Shown piece by piece: positions 1 to 12,529 of a DNA stretch of 64,000 nucleotides. The position numbers were made by a program, and so were the translations under genes. Within the stretch, counting starts at the first letter, position 1. The number at the start of each line of letters is the position of its first letter. The stretch comes from Raillietiella orientalis (taxonomy: Eukaryota), in the NCBI GenBank assembly GCA_036172245.1, contig JAYWIR010000001.1, positions 5,022,001-5,086,000 of the forward strand, given 5' to 3'. The notes under the pieces are model-generated. The model was given only the letters and a program-made list of their open reading frames with translations. It was not told the origin of the DNA and searched no databases.

Positions 1-84
1 GACGTCTCATAGACCCGGTAGTCCCCAAGACGCCTCTATGGGGATTCTCCGAAGATACCGCTCATTATTGTCTCGTCTTGGTTT

Positions 85-228
85 TCTAGCTTCTCCTCCT
101 CTTCCCTCCTCTTCCTTTCCCCTCCTCCTCCATTCCTCCCTCTTCTTCTCCCTCCTTTCCTCTAATTCCTGTTCCTCCTCCCTCCCTCTATGTGCCTGCT
201 CCCTCAGCCTACTGCCCCTCCTCCCTTT
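85..228. repeat. Polypyrimidine (CT-rich) low-complexity tract
   Basis: Almost exclusively C/T (cctcctc/ttc units) on + strand. Confidence 0.9.
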
Positions 229-1676
229 TTGGACACTTCGGCATTGCACTGTGAGCGTGATCGTAGGAGACAGGAAAGATTTCGCCTTTTCGCGGCGTCG
301 CTTGTGATGGAACACCTTCCGTTGTGCTTTCCGTCCAGATCCCCCCGGCCTCCCTCCCGGTTCTATCCCCGCTTCCCTCCTTCCTCTTCCGTGCGGACTC
401 CCCCTTGGAATCTCCCTGTCTCCATCTCCTTCCTGCGCTCGCAGCAGCCGCCGCAACAGATGACGCACAGGTCGGGAGGGAGTGCAGCAGATTAGGGCAC
501 CCGTGCGTGGATACCTCCCGCTCCGAGCGTGACCGAAGATGGGGGGACCACTTCCGGTTGCGACCGCGGAGGAATGGAGCCCTAGGGAGCTAGACGCTCG
601 CGCTGGGGAGCGCTGCCGGGTGGTCCATCGCAGGAGGTGGCATCCCTGTAGCCGTATCCCAGGGGGAGCGTCTCGGGGAGGGCTAGCTCCTGCTCGAAAG
701 AAGGGAGGGAGCTCCACGCTCTGAACTCCTTCCGACCGTCCTCGGAGAGCTCAGCACTGCTTCCCCTCCTCGACTTTCTGGATCCGGAGCGTATTTCTTC
801 CGGAGTAAGGCAGGAGGAGAAAGAAGAGAGGAAAGGGAGCGCCGTTCCTGGCCTGCTTTTTGAATGCGCCCCCTCAGCAGCCCCGTCTTTTCCTTCAGAC
901 CACCTTGCAGAGGAAGGAAGTCAAGAACGGGCTATCGACTGCTCTTCCGGGTGTGCGTTCCCCCCCCTCCGGTGTAGGGCACCCAGGATTGAGCAGAGTC
1001 CAAAGTCTTCCTTCCGGTGGAGCGTGCCGAGTTCTTCTGCAGCCCTCCAGAGAGGCGGGTGATCGCGTTTTTGTTAGTCGGAAGAGGAGCGCGGGAGACC
1101 ACGAACGAGTGCGTTCCTCCGCAGTTCGTCCAAGACCCTTCCACGTTTTGAAAAGAGGGAGGAAGAAATGCTACTCACCCACCCATCACCCGTATCGGGC
1201 AGCGAGCGCTCTGCAGAATCGCGAGAGACCGGTGGCCACAGGGCTGCCCAGTGGTTTTGCAAACGGAGGTGGGTGGGAAGAGCTAGAGATGAGCGGAAGA
1301 GGCAGCGAGGAAGGTGACGACAGCAGGATGGAGAGCGGAGAAAGCGGAATATGCGCGTGGGAGGAGCGGCGATGAAAGCGACATCCTTGGGCAGGTTGCC
1401 TTCGAAAGAGAGCGGCCAAAGTTCCTCTCATCTCCCTCCTCCTCCCCTCCCACTCACAAAAGAGGACGAGTCGAACAAACTTCCGCTTTTCACCACTCTC
1501 CGGACCTACTCGCGCCTAACGGCATCAGTTTGGAGAGAAGGACACCCTAGCCACACGCAGGAAAGAGATCCCAATCGGCCACCTCTCCACGAGAAAGTGG
1601 AAGCGGTGACTCACCTTACCGGAGGAGGAATCCCTTGCCCCCCATAGGCGGCAGCTCTTTAGCAGATGAAGCCATC

Positions 1677-2040
1677 GTTTCCTCATCCCTTTCTACTCTC
1701 CTCTTTCTCTTCCTCTCCCCTACCTCTTCCTTCTCCTCTCCTCTTCTTACCCACTTCTTCCTCCTCCTCCTCCTCCTCTTCCTCTCCTCTTCTTTCCCTC
1801 TTCCTCTTCCCCTCCTCTTCCTCCTCCATTCTTTATCCTCACAGTTCTTCCTTCCTTCCCCCCTCCCCTCCCTTGTTCTCCTTCTCTCTTTTCCGTCCAT
1901 ATCCCCATACTTTTCCTCCTTTTCTTTTTCCTCCTCCCCTTTTCGTTTCCCATGCCTTCACTCCCTTTCTTTGCTCTGTTTCTCCTCCTTCTCTTCCTTT
2001 TCCTTTTTCATGTTTTTTTTGCTCCCCCCCCCCTCCCCTC
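1677..2040. repeat. Polypyrimidine (CT-rich) low-complexity tract
   Basis: ~360 bp of nearly pure C/T including (CCT)n; accounts for the S/F/L- and K/E/R-rich ORFs here. Confidence 0.92.
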
Positions 2041-4704
2041 CGATCACACACACATCACTTTTCCCTCTAAGGAGGAAACGGAACTCGCAGGAGGTAAAGA
2101 AGCCGCACGATCGAGAAACGGCAGAGGATGGATGCGCTGATAAAGGAACCACGCCGGTCCCTAATACCCCCATTTCGCTGCATCGCAGCGCCTACTCTGG
2201 AAAGCACTCATTCTTTCGCAGTTTATCATTTCCTTCCGATAGGGCCCATAAATCAACCCATTGACTGGACCGCTCGGATGGCGACTGTATCGAAAATGGA
2301 TATCCCGGGAGCGGATAGCACGGGCAGGCGGAAAGATGAATGCGTCTCTCGAGTATAGAATCTATTACGCCGTAGAGATGTAGACTTAATGAACAGATTC
2401 CCTTTCCCATTTTTGAGAATGGCTGGAGCTCCGCGGCGATCATCTGTTGCGACCACGAGGCCTGAGGGCTGCTTTGCGTCCCCCCTGAATCTCCGGGAGG
2501 TGCTGGTCTCTCCTCCCTGCTGCTCTTCGGGAGTTCCTTCCGTGTTTCGCAGAAAATCTTCCCTGAGCACCCCCGAAAGGCCCTATGCAGGATAAAGTTC
2601 TCGCGGGAGAAGTCGTCCCAGGTCAGACATGGTCCACCGTTGCCGTTCTTCTTCCTTGTCTCCCTACCCACTCCAACCCGTTCGTCCCCTCCCCCCCTTT
2701 TTTGTTTATTGATTCCGTGGGGACGGGAATCTCTTCGTAACGTTTGAAGTCCGCGTGCCCCCTGGATGGCTCGGAGAGCATGCAGAGGACCCACGCCGAT
2801 GAGTGGCGGCCACGGCAGAGCGCGCGCGCGCGTTTCCCCGCAGACTCGCGTGCCGGTGACGGGCGCATCAGGAGCTCGCAGGCGTAGAGATGGGGTCGCG
2901 CGGCTTCTGGGCGGGCAGGGCGCCGAGGCGTCCGTCGGAGCTTCCTACCCGCTCCTCCTCCTCCTTTTGAGGACGGTCGCCGCCTGGAGAGGTGCGGCCC
3001 AGCGGGAGCGGCGTCGCGTCGCGACCGGCCGCTGAGGCCGAGGCGATCTTCGGGAAGGGTTGCTGACCGTGGCACTCCACCCTCTCACGGGGGCTGCTCG
3101 TCGCCTTGGTGAAACCGAGGGACGCCACTCTCCTCGCGAGTGAGGCCGCTGCCGCGGACCCCCCTCCCGCCTCGCGTCTCCCCTTCCAGAACGCCGCCGC
3201 TCCGGAAGAAACACCCTTGGCCAATTTGGATCCCGGCCGCGCAAGACGAAACGGCAAGGAGATGAAGACAAATTGCCTCCGGCTTTCCGCATTGTCTTAA
3301 TTACGGTGACTTTCCCTTGCCGGGCGGGGGAGGAGGAGAGGAAGGCGAAGCTCCCTGCTCTCCAAGAATACCGCGCGCGGGCTCCGCCCGGGAGGCACGT
3401 TTTCTTCATTGTCTGCATCTCCTATTAATGTCAGAACTACGGTTGCCGCGGTGACGGATGTTCCTCCGCACCTCCGAACGGAAAGCGAGAGTGCGCCTTC
3501 GCTGCACTTCCTGCGAACCGGCAACCCCCGCCGCCGCCCGTTCCTCCTTCTCCCCCGCTCCCCTTCCTGGGGGACTGCTCCCCTTCCCGGTAATAATTAG
3601 TCGGCCGGATTCGCTTTCGTTCCCGCTGCTGATTGTCTCGAGGCGCGCGATTGACAGCCGGGATGCTCGATATTTTGACAGGCTGTCATCCCCTATCTGG
3701 ACCTCTAAACAAATACGCTGCTGCTGCGTATTTGTCGAAAGTGATTTTCCCGAACATCTGCATCTCACAAATTTGGATTTCCTGGTGCCTCTCCCCGCCT
3801 CCTCTCAAAACACGGGACAGTCGCACCAAGCCATCCGGGTCGACGATGCGACGGCGCCTCGCCGAGCGGAGCGTTGCTTCCTGCATCTTCCGAAAATAAT
3901 TCCTCCGCATTCCCGCTTATTAATGCGTTGTTCATATTTCATAAGCAGGATATCGGAGAGAGGGAAGGGGGAGGGAGGGTGGGAGGGGGGCCGGGAAGAA
4001 CGGTCCCGCTCTCGGAGGGAGAGAACGCGGAGCCTGTCACGAGCGACAAGCTGATGAACGCAACCGTTAACACCGAAGAAATTGCGCCGGGATCTTCCGG
4101 AGGGGCTTTCGGAAATTCCGGAGCGCTTTCCTGATGAGCTCCTGGCACCAGCAGCAGCAGCACCAGCAGCCGGAACCCACCGGCACCGACGAGTGGGCCG
4201 CCCTCCCTCCTAAAAATAAGCGACCCTCCCCTCGGTCCCGCGCGCGATTGGATACGCGCACGGGAGGGAACGCTCGCGGGTGGTGCGAACTGCAGCGCGC
4301 GTCGAGCAGACGCGTCAAGTCCCGGTTCCCCGAAGGAGGAAGAGTTACGACAATCTCTCTGTCCCTCGTTCCTCCGTTTTCCCCGCCTTTGCCCATTCCG
4401 ATCACGACCTCTTTGCCGGAGGAGCGGGAAGACCCGGCAGTGCGCTTCCACGCGTCGCAGCATGGTGGGAACAAGGGATCGTTAGCGTCCTCGTGGGTAG
4501 GAATGCGGCAGTCCTTTATGGGAAGCAGCTGCTTGGCAAATAAAGACGCCTCTTCGAGGGACGGGCTGTAAATTGGTGACGCCGGCACCGTGAGCCCGTT
4601 GCCGCCATGATGCTTCCTCGCCGTTCCCATGGAAAACCCATCGAGCGGTCCGGCATAGGCGAAATCTCCGTAAGGAGTAAAAAGGAACAGCCCCGAGGAA
4701 CAGC

Positions 4705-4870
4705 CAACAGCATCGAGCAGCAACCATCTGAAAAAGCAGACAAGCTCGCTCGAGAACTCTGGGGAAGAGCGAACATCGAGGAGCAATCTTCCCAAACAGA
4801 CAACAGCATCGAGCAATAGTCTTCTGAAAAAGCAGGCAAGCTGCTCAGGAACGTTGGGGAGCAGCGAACG
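4705..4870 (+). repeat. Diverged tandem duplication, 96-bp period
   Basis: caacagcatcgagca...tctgaaaaagcag(a/g)caagct...tgggga...agcgaac starts at 4705 and again at 4801. Confidence 0.8.
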
Positions 4871-5199
4871 GCCTCCAGCAACAGCCTTCCGGAAGAGCGG
4901 ACGACCTTCCTCCTGGCAACCCTTTGCTCGAAGCCGATTGGACGATCGTCGAGATGCGATGAGCGCCGGTCTTTCCGCCGGAAGCGCTGGAAAGAGGGAG
5001 TGCCAGAAAGTGGATCGTGGACCCACTCTCTGAAGGACGCTCCGCGCGCTGCCACAACCAGAGATCCACTCAAGACGGAAAAGGCGTCGTGGCCTTCGAG
5101 GTTTCCTTAACTACAGCCAGAGAGAAACGTTTCGTGAGAAAGCGGTCAGATGGGGGGACTTGCGGGCCCGCATCAGGGAGGCTGATCTCATGAAGTGTT

Positions 5200-7735
5200 T
5201 AAAAAACTCAAAGGAATCTTCTCGGTGGCCAATCAGCGTGCGGAATGGACAAAAATGCCATTGCACAACGCAGTGGGTGAGTTTCGCGCATTTCGAGCAG
5301 AAGTCGTGATGAGGGGGGTCGAGGTGAACGTGAAAGAGATGGGTGGCGAATCGTAGGAGAAGGCAGACGCAGCAAAGGCTGTCCACCGGTGAAGCGCCGT
5401 CTCTCTGAATGAAAGAGAAGCCACGGGACGCGCAGAGTTTTGTCCTTGTCGGGATGCAACTGCTTCTCTCCTCTTTCCCTCTCACCACGAAGCTCAATGG
5501 ACGCTCAATGGACCATTTCTCTATGGGAACTCATCACGTGACCGTGGAGTCATCGCGAATAGCGGATGCCGCTAGCAAGCAGCGGTCCAAGTGGGTTTCC
5601 TCTTCGCATGACGCGATGCGTTCACGAAACACTTCCTAATATGGAAGTTTACAAAAAGATCCGTGCCTTCCAGTCCTGAAGTGCATCAAGACTGGATTAT
5701 GCAGCTCCCGAGTGCAAGCACTGATGAGCGTTTGCTGAAGCGTTAGGAGCCGATGGGAAGCCCAGTTCCTCAAAAGGATTGATAACTCAATTGAACCTGG
5801 AGCCTTTGAAATCGGAAGCGACCCGTTCTGGACGAGGCAGCTCCCGGGGATCGAAATTTATTGAGAAATAATCGCGAAGCAGAACGTTCACTCCTCATCG
5901 GATAATTTATAATGCAGAACAGCATCCGGGGACCGCAGTCACGACAGCGCGTGCCCCCACGGGGGAAGAAACTCTAGCATGATGTTCAATAGGCAGCAGG
6001 TAGATGAAAAAATAATATCGGAGTTTTCGGAGCGGTGCCTCCAGGGGCAACGAGGGTATCGTCTTTCCACGACGCTTAGTCAGATCCGGAACTCCTCCGC
6101 GATACAGGTCCGCTTCCCCAAGAACGTTCCTGGCCCTCTCCTGGTTAAACGCGCAGGTGGATGTTGTTTCCCACCTGAGGCTCACCGAGTCACGAGCATC
6201 CCTGCCCGCATCGTTTTCCCGGAAGGAGTGCTTTGAGAACAGCCGTGTGCGCTTGACGTGTGTGCGTGCGCCGAAATCGCAACAGGAAAATCATCTGGGA
6301 GAAGGACATGTGCGCCGAGTTCCCCCTCAAACCCAGAAGGGAAATCCTTCGGTATCCCACTCGACCAAGGAAATCCTCGCCGAGTGGCTGTCCTAACCAG
6401 CGGGTGATCTGGAAGACATCCTCCTTGCCAACTGGCCCTCTGGAGCTCGCGCTCGATCGTTGGGTTGCTCAAAAAAATGACGGAAGGCCTTCTTCTTCTT
6501 CTTTTTTACTTCTTTCTTCTGGCGGAAGGAGGTGCAGAGTTTTGCACTTCCTCGTTCGCGTTCCACATAGGTGACACGAAGTGGTCCCTTCTCGGCGAGA
6601 GTAGGATGGACGTTTTTCGCCCACGAACGACTTCCTAAAATTGAAAATGTTTCTTCGTCGCTGATCACCTCACCTAAGCTCTCGGGTAGCAGCTTCAGTT
6701 ACCAGGCGCAGGTCGGATGGATGCACGTGCGTCGACTTCGTGCAAATCTCATTCTCTTCCTCTTCGGATTAGGGAAGGGTCTGATCCTGGTCTAACTTTT
6801 GGCACCCTGCGCATCCTGAAGACGGCTGACTGTCGACACCGTGCTCATACTGAACATTGACTTTTGACTCTGTGCTCACCCTGCAGACTGATGTTTGACT
6901 CCGTCCTCACCGTGAAGACTGCATGACAAGGTGATCACCTTGAAGACAGGGTTTTGGTACCGTATTTGTCATCTTGCAGAATAATTTCATCAGTGAGAAT
7001 GAAATTTCCAAGAGCTCGAGCCACTTCACGCCCATCCGCAGTTCAGATCCGCAGGTCCATAGATTCCTGTGGCAGCTGCAGAGGATGTTGAACGCGCTCT
7101 CAGTGCAAGCATCAGGGAGAACGCGAACGAGGGCTGTGGAGCATGTCGCCGTTGTCTTGGAGCAACGGCGTGGTACTCTTTGGAACGGGGGTGCGGGTAT
7201 CTGTCAAACAGCAAAAATAATAAGACTGAAGAAAACCTCTCTCACTGAAGAAAACCTCGATTTGTCCTGCGAGGAGTGAGGTCGCAGAGAAGCAAGTAAC
7301 GTTTCCAGCCTCGTCATTTATCGTAGAGGTCACTGTGCAGCACGGAAAACGTGGAAGAACAATTTTATCAGCTGTCCTTTTAGGAAGTAGTTGTTCTTGA
7401 GGTCACCAATGCTCGCATCTATGCTCGCACCAATGCTCGCCTTACGCAAAACTTGTCTGACTCTTAGCTTCAAGCGGTTTTGGATGGAAGGGGTCGAGTT
7501 CTGGAAAGCATTAGCATGTCTCAGCAACCCGAAAATCCCGATGCGACTGTGCAAAAAAACTCCTGCAATGCGGATGTCATTTTTCCTTTCCTTCCTTTTA
7601 TTTCCACTTTTTTTTCTTTTCTTTTTTTGTCAGATTTTTTTTGGCAGGGAGGACCCGATTTCTTATATAATGATGTCATCATTTTCCATATGCTCCTTTG
7701 CTAGGATCTGCATGGCGAGATCATGTTTCGCACTT
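5200..7735 (-). mobile_element. Highly degraded APE+RT non-LTR retrotransposon ORF2 (R1/I-like)
   Basis: Minus-strand motifs in expected order across frameshifts: HDLAMQILAKEH..DIII*E (~7730-7660, APE N-terminus-like), IGDLKN (~7400, GDFN-like), GYRRISLL (~6345, YRPISLL-like), FATHLFHVHL..FCSKC..WHFCP (~5350-5245, C-terminal Cys/His knuckle-like). Confidence 0.35.
6815..6980. repeat. Degenerate ~31-bp minisatellite (~5 units)
   Basis: Units such as gtgctcatactgaacattgacttttgactct / gtgctcaccctgcagactgatgtttgactcc / gtcctcaccgtgaagactg / gtgatcaccttgaagacag. Confidence 0.7.
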
Positions 7736-9908
7736 TGCCTAATAAGCAGCTCATTTGTCATGGGAAAATCGGGAGGAGCGCGCTCCATTTCTGAGGAGCA
7801 GTAAGGATTTCAGGAGAAGCATAAGAAATCCAAACAAAGAAGAGAAATGATATACATCACTTCGTGTGTCCCGCATGATGTTTTCCTCTTATTTATAACC
7901 AAAATTAAGATCCTCCGAGACTTGCGCTAAAGAGGGGCTTTTTCTTACCTTTTTTTCTTTCTTTCTTTCCTTTTTTTTTTTTTGCGCTCTAAGTAGGAAT
8001 TATGGATGCGTTCGGGCAGCATTGGGAGTCTGACTCACGTGCAACTGGGATGGGTCGCCATCTGCGAAAGACGCCTTGCAATCGGATGGAAGTGTGACAT
8101 CAAAAAGAAAAGTTCGTTGGGGATGACCACCAGCTCGCAGGTCGGCTTCTAAGATAGTCAGGAGGACAATAAATAAAGTAAAAAAAAGGAAAGGGGTTTT
8201 TGATTATAGATGCTCCTTTCTTCCTACAGCTGGCACTGAATGCTGGCGATCTTCCCTGAAGACTTCCTCCTGGTGAGGCACCATCTCGCAGCCGTCCTCA
8301 TCAAGGACGGCTGCCGTTTGAGTGTCCTCCCTTTGCTGAGAAAGGGACTCCATCACGGAGAAGGCCGTGACGATGACGTGGATTCAGCGTCTCGTCGCGA
8401 TCGCGGCTCCTGCCGTCTGCCACCTTCCGTGAAAAATCGCCCCGGCGACTCCTCGAGAGATTTCTCCCGGGTGGCGGACCGCCGAAGGAAGTCTCCGCCA
8501 CACGTCTTCGAGGGAACTGTATTCCAAAGGAAGGTGAGGGTACGAATCCATCTCCTCACGCCTGGAACAGTTGGGGGATGCAACTCCCCGGAAACAGGAC
8601 GTCGTGCACCGGAATCTCCCCAGGGCAGGAGCAGCAGGACGTCCTGCGGTTTCCAAGGCAGCGGGAACGCGGAGGCATCGCAGATTCAGAGGCGAGAAGT
8701 CGCAGGGAAAGCAGGATCCTCTTGTGATCTTGCGGATCGACGGATCGCTTCCATCTTTCTGCAGCACCACTTTGCGTGGTTCTCCGAACTGCCATGGGGG
8801 TCATCCGCAGCACCGACAGAAGAGCGGAGAGACCACCGCAAGCTCGCGACTGGGGACTCGCGCCACCGAACGTAACATGGCAGACTGCAGCGAAAAGAAC
8901 ACCGAAGGCAAATCCGAGCGCCAAGACAAAGAGAGAAGATCTTAGAGGTTCAGTTTCCTCCGATTCTGTAGCCCTGGAAACTCCGCAAGGCAATAACAGG
9001 GAGGTCTCCCTGCGCTCACTGGGGAGGGATGTCTCTTGCCATGGTGCCCTTAAGACATGGAGGTTTCTTCGAAAAGCACTCAGGGATCTTTATGGGAAGA
9101 CTGTGATCCCTCCGAGATTCTGAGTCCACCGTTCCAGAGGGGACTGCTGGGTAGCGAGAGTGGTTCGTGGCAGGAGAGCAGCGGCAGAGCATTCGGGTCC
9201 CCCATTCCCTGCAGTCCAGTGCGCGGTTCTGACCCAAGCATCTTCTTCTGGAGGACGGTTCCGCAGGCTGAAGCACTCCCGAAACGCCTACTTATTCCCT
9301 TCATGTTCCCGCTGGCTTGCGTTTCGGACTGTATCAAGACTGAAGCTGCGTGAAGATGCAAACGAGAGGACTTCGCATTCATCAGGAGAGAGTTCCGCTC
9401 AGCAGCCAAGCAGGGTGGAAACGGCAAAGACGGTTTCCTTGACGGCCTTCAGCTCGGGATGGGAGGGAATTCTCTCTTATAGGTGGGAGATTTCCCCGGG
9501 AGGAGGAACTGCTCTCACGACATGACCTCAGAGTCCTTCGCGAAATCCAGAGTGCGCCCGCGCACGCCGCATCGCGGGAAACTCGTTTATCAAGCCGCCA
9601 TCCATGCAGCGCATCCTTTCAATAGTGGTCTTCCGCCCTCCAAAGACCCGCTGCCACCAAAGAGATCCTAAGAGGCACATCCAGGTGACGCCGCCTCATC
9701 AGGCGGTGACGACTCAAAACCGATGAAGGATGCGACGCAAGCCCCACGGTGGCGTGAGATGGCCCCGTGGGAAATAGGAGCAGCTGCATCTTAGAAAATT
9801 GGTGCAGGCAACACGGCGGGACCGCGCATAAGGTTTTCATCGTCCCCGCAGGGCGACCACCCTCCAAATCCAATGTCCAGGATGCTGTGAGAGTCCCTGG
9901 TTCTCCTC

Positions 9909-9988
9909 CATCCTTCTGATGGATCGGCTGACAGGATGGGCTCATCCCGAACTGAGCCCATCCTGTCAGCCGATCCATCAGAAGGATG
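9909..9988. repeat. Perfect hairpin: 36-bp arms, 8-nt loop
   Basis: catccttctgatggatcggctgacaggatgggctca (9909-9944) + tcccgaac + exact reverse complement (9953-9988). Confidence 0.97.
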
Positions 9989-10074
9989 ATCCATCCTGCG
10001 CTTTCAGAGGAACGCCTCTTGAGGGCTCTGTAGGTGTGCGCGTCACCTTCCTGAGATCGTCTGCTTGCGTCGGC

Positions 10075-10141
10075 GGCCGCGTGGGCTACATGGTCTCCGC
10101 ACGTTGTACCAAAGGTTGCGGGTTCGAATCGCCACGTGGAG
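10075..10141 (+). pseudogene. tRNA-like sequence (degenerate tRNA or SINE head)
   Basis: A-box-like tgggctacatgg followed by B-box ggttcgaatc (10121-10130). No convincing cloverleaf or anticodon assignment. Confidence 0.35.
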
Positions 10142-10339
10142 GATCAAAGCCGAGAAACGGGGGGTGCGTCGTAGAATTCGAGTTCCTCCGTAGGATGACG
10201 CTGGTTGGTCTGAAGGTTTCGGGTGCAGTGCAACTGATGGAAGCCGGAAACCGCACTCCCCTGTTGACTGGCCTGGATTGGAAGTTGACCCTCCGGGGTC
10301 TTTCCAGAAGCCCTCCTTTTGTGAAAATGGAGCCGTAAC

Positions 10340-10733
10340 ACGATGCTGGTTGATACCACTCTCAGAGGGTTGCCTCTCTAGAGTGCAAGAAACGCACTGC
10401 TCTCTTTGGGGAGAGCCCTTCAGAGAAATTGGGAAGCGTCCCTTCGGGGTTCTCTTCAGAGGAATAACAAGGAGAGGACCCTTTCCGGGGAGTCCCTCCG
10501 GAGACGATAAGGAAGACGTTCACTTGGGGGTTCTCTTTGTTTTCTTCGTTGTTCCCTGTCAAGCGTAAGAGGAACGGATTCCTGCCTACGGAGCCTTCCT
10601 GGATTCATAGGGTGATCCCTTCTGTGTTCCACCTAACTTGAGCACTGACTCGCACCCTAGGATGAAGTGGACGATGTTTAAGGAGCTCTGTGATCCCTGC
10701 TGAGGAGGCGAACGGTTTTTCAGCACTTGGCGA
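10340..10733. repeat. Dispersed structured repeat family, copy 1
   Basis: Core gaggaacgg..ggagccttcctggattcata..aacttga..gcaccct..gaacggtt is shared with copies at ~35.1, ~54.6 and ~55.9 kb. Preceded by cccttcgggg/ccctccggag subunits and followed by an A-rich run. Confidence 0.8.
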
Positions 10734-10999
10734 ACCAAAAACAAAAAAAGGAAAAAAAAAGATGGAAGGAAAGGAGCGAAATCAGAAGAACCCAAAAGGA
10801 TTTTCACCATCCCTGTGGTCGTTTCTTTTTAGGGATCCAAGGACTGCAAAGAAGACTAAGTCTTCCCCTGCCGCCGAAGCTCCCTTCGTGGAAGGGTGAT
10901 GAACCAACCCACAACATTTGTGCTGCTTCTGCTTTGCGTCATCTGTTGTTGTGAGGGAGTGCTCGTGTGGACACACCATGACCACCAAACCTTCTACTT

Positions 11000-11240
11000 A
11001 AACCGTAGAGTCCGACTGTAGTCTCGAATGGACTGACCCGAAGCTATCAAGCCCTACAGTTATTGTGTGGTCTCCTTTATGTGACCTGTAAGTCCGTCAC
11101 GCTGCTCCACGACAGGGAGCTAACTGCACGTGTGCACTGGTGGATGATGTGATTCTGGGATTCTTTCGACGATCCGCATCTTAAGCGTATGCATTTAGAC
11201 CCATTTTTAGTGGGTGCTGAGCGCACAGTATAAGTAGAGC
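11000..11240 (+). mobile_element. Degraded LTR-retrotransposon (gypsy-like) RT fragment
   Basis: VVSNGLTRSYQALQLL resembles VMPFGLxNAPATFQR; then LVDDVIL (~11138-11158, YxDD-like) and an HL..F segment. Confidence 0.4.
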
Positions 11241-12529
11241 CCCATCACGGATTTCTCTGATCTCAGATAATTTCTAGTTTGTGGGAAGACAGTCTCAGGA
11301 TTCGTGGACAAATGATGACCTCGCTTACTCCCTTTCCTCCTCCTCCCTTCCTCCTCTTCCCCCTTTCCTTCTCCTTTCCTCCTCCTCTTACGCTGAGAAA
11401 CGAATCCCGTTTCTACTGTGTGCGGGGCAGGGAGGAGGGAATGGTTTGGGAAGGAAGCGCTTCGGTCACACCCATTCGTGCGATGCTTGAGCTCATCACC
11501 AGCGAGCTCGAGCTTCTGTAGCCGGATTTTCTCGAGTGTTTTCTAAATCCTCTTCCCGTTCCAGAAAACCAGAGTTCTCGCGTGTGCTGTTTGTAACAGC
11601 GCGAGTTGCCCCTCTCGCCACGCGTCTTCGCGACGTTTCTGCGGGTGCGACCGTCGCCTCCTGGGTTTGGAGGCGGCGGTTTACGTGGAGAAGCGAAGAT
11701 TGCGTTTAAAGAGTTCTCCAGTGCCTTGGGGTGCTGTCTCTCGGACAGCTGTCTCTCGATCGCTCTGGTGGCCTGACGTCCGATGGCGCAGGGACTTTAC
11801 AGGGAGGAACATGCAAATGAACGAAGGGATGAAAGATGGGAATCTGTGACCTCTCAAACCGTCCAGAGAAGGAAGCAGAACTCCGGACGACTTACGACTT
11901 TCCCTGAGGAAAGGATGGGAACAAGAAATGAAGAAACAAAAAAAAAGAAAAAGTAGATAACAGAAAAACCAGCTTCATGCTGTGAGGGATGCAGGCAATC
12001 CGCTGTTTTATACCTCTCGGATGGATTCGTCCCATCGACCTCATTACCAAGGAGGCCATTGAGGAAGTTATAATCACTCTGGAGAGGAGCACGTCCACAT
12101 GTGGGACCGCGCCAACCCTCTGGCCAGACGTTCCTCGAGCCTCGGATCCGACCTGCAGCCTTGCCTTCTTCCCTTTGACCATTCCCGTTTCTTACTGATG
12201 AAAGGAAGAGAAATCGTCGAGGAAGGACTCTGAAAGTCTTCGTTGGTCTGATGAGTTTTCAGCAAACGTTGAGCTGCGCGCTCCACTTGATGTCCACACG
12301 CAGATGCTCAGGAGCCTCCCGGGAGGATCTGTTCCGTCCCAGGAAGAGGACGTGCAGGCCTCGAAGGAAACGCCTTTTGTCCTTTTCCTTCGAGGGCCGT
12401 GCAGCAGGGAAGAAGATGCTGAGGGAGTCGTTCTGGGAGGCAGTACCCGAGGTTCCCGGTCGCAGGGGATGAGGAAGGGGAGGAGAGAGGGGTGGGGGGC
12501 GTCCCTGCATCGACTGAGCTGCTTTGCAC

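Noticed and set aside
7-717. 236-aa ORF with E/R/K-rich tail (similarly 1616-2264)
   Set aside because: Translation of a polypyrimidine/polypurine tract; no family motif.
6815-6980. CRISPR-like array (also considered for 37443-37590 and the structured-repeat subunits)
   Set aside because: Units are adjacent and degenerate, with no identical repeats separated by unique constant-length spacers; no cas genes; eukaryotic context.
12240-12275. Hammerhead ribozyme core (CTGATGA + short stem); also checked 4131, 5721, 9697(-), 41805, 57972(-)
   Set aside because: The required GAAA after stem II and the closing stems were not found.
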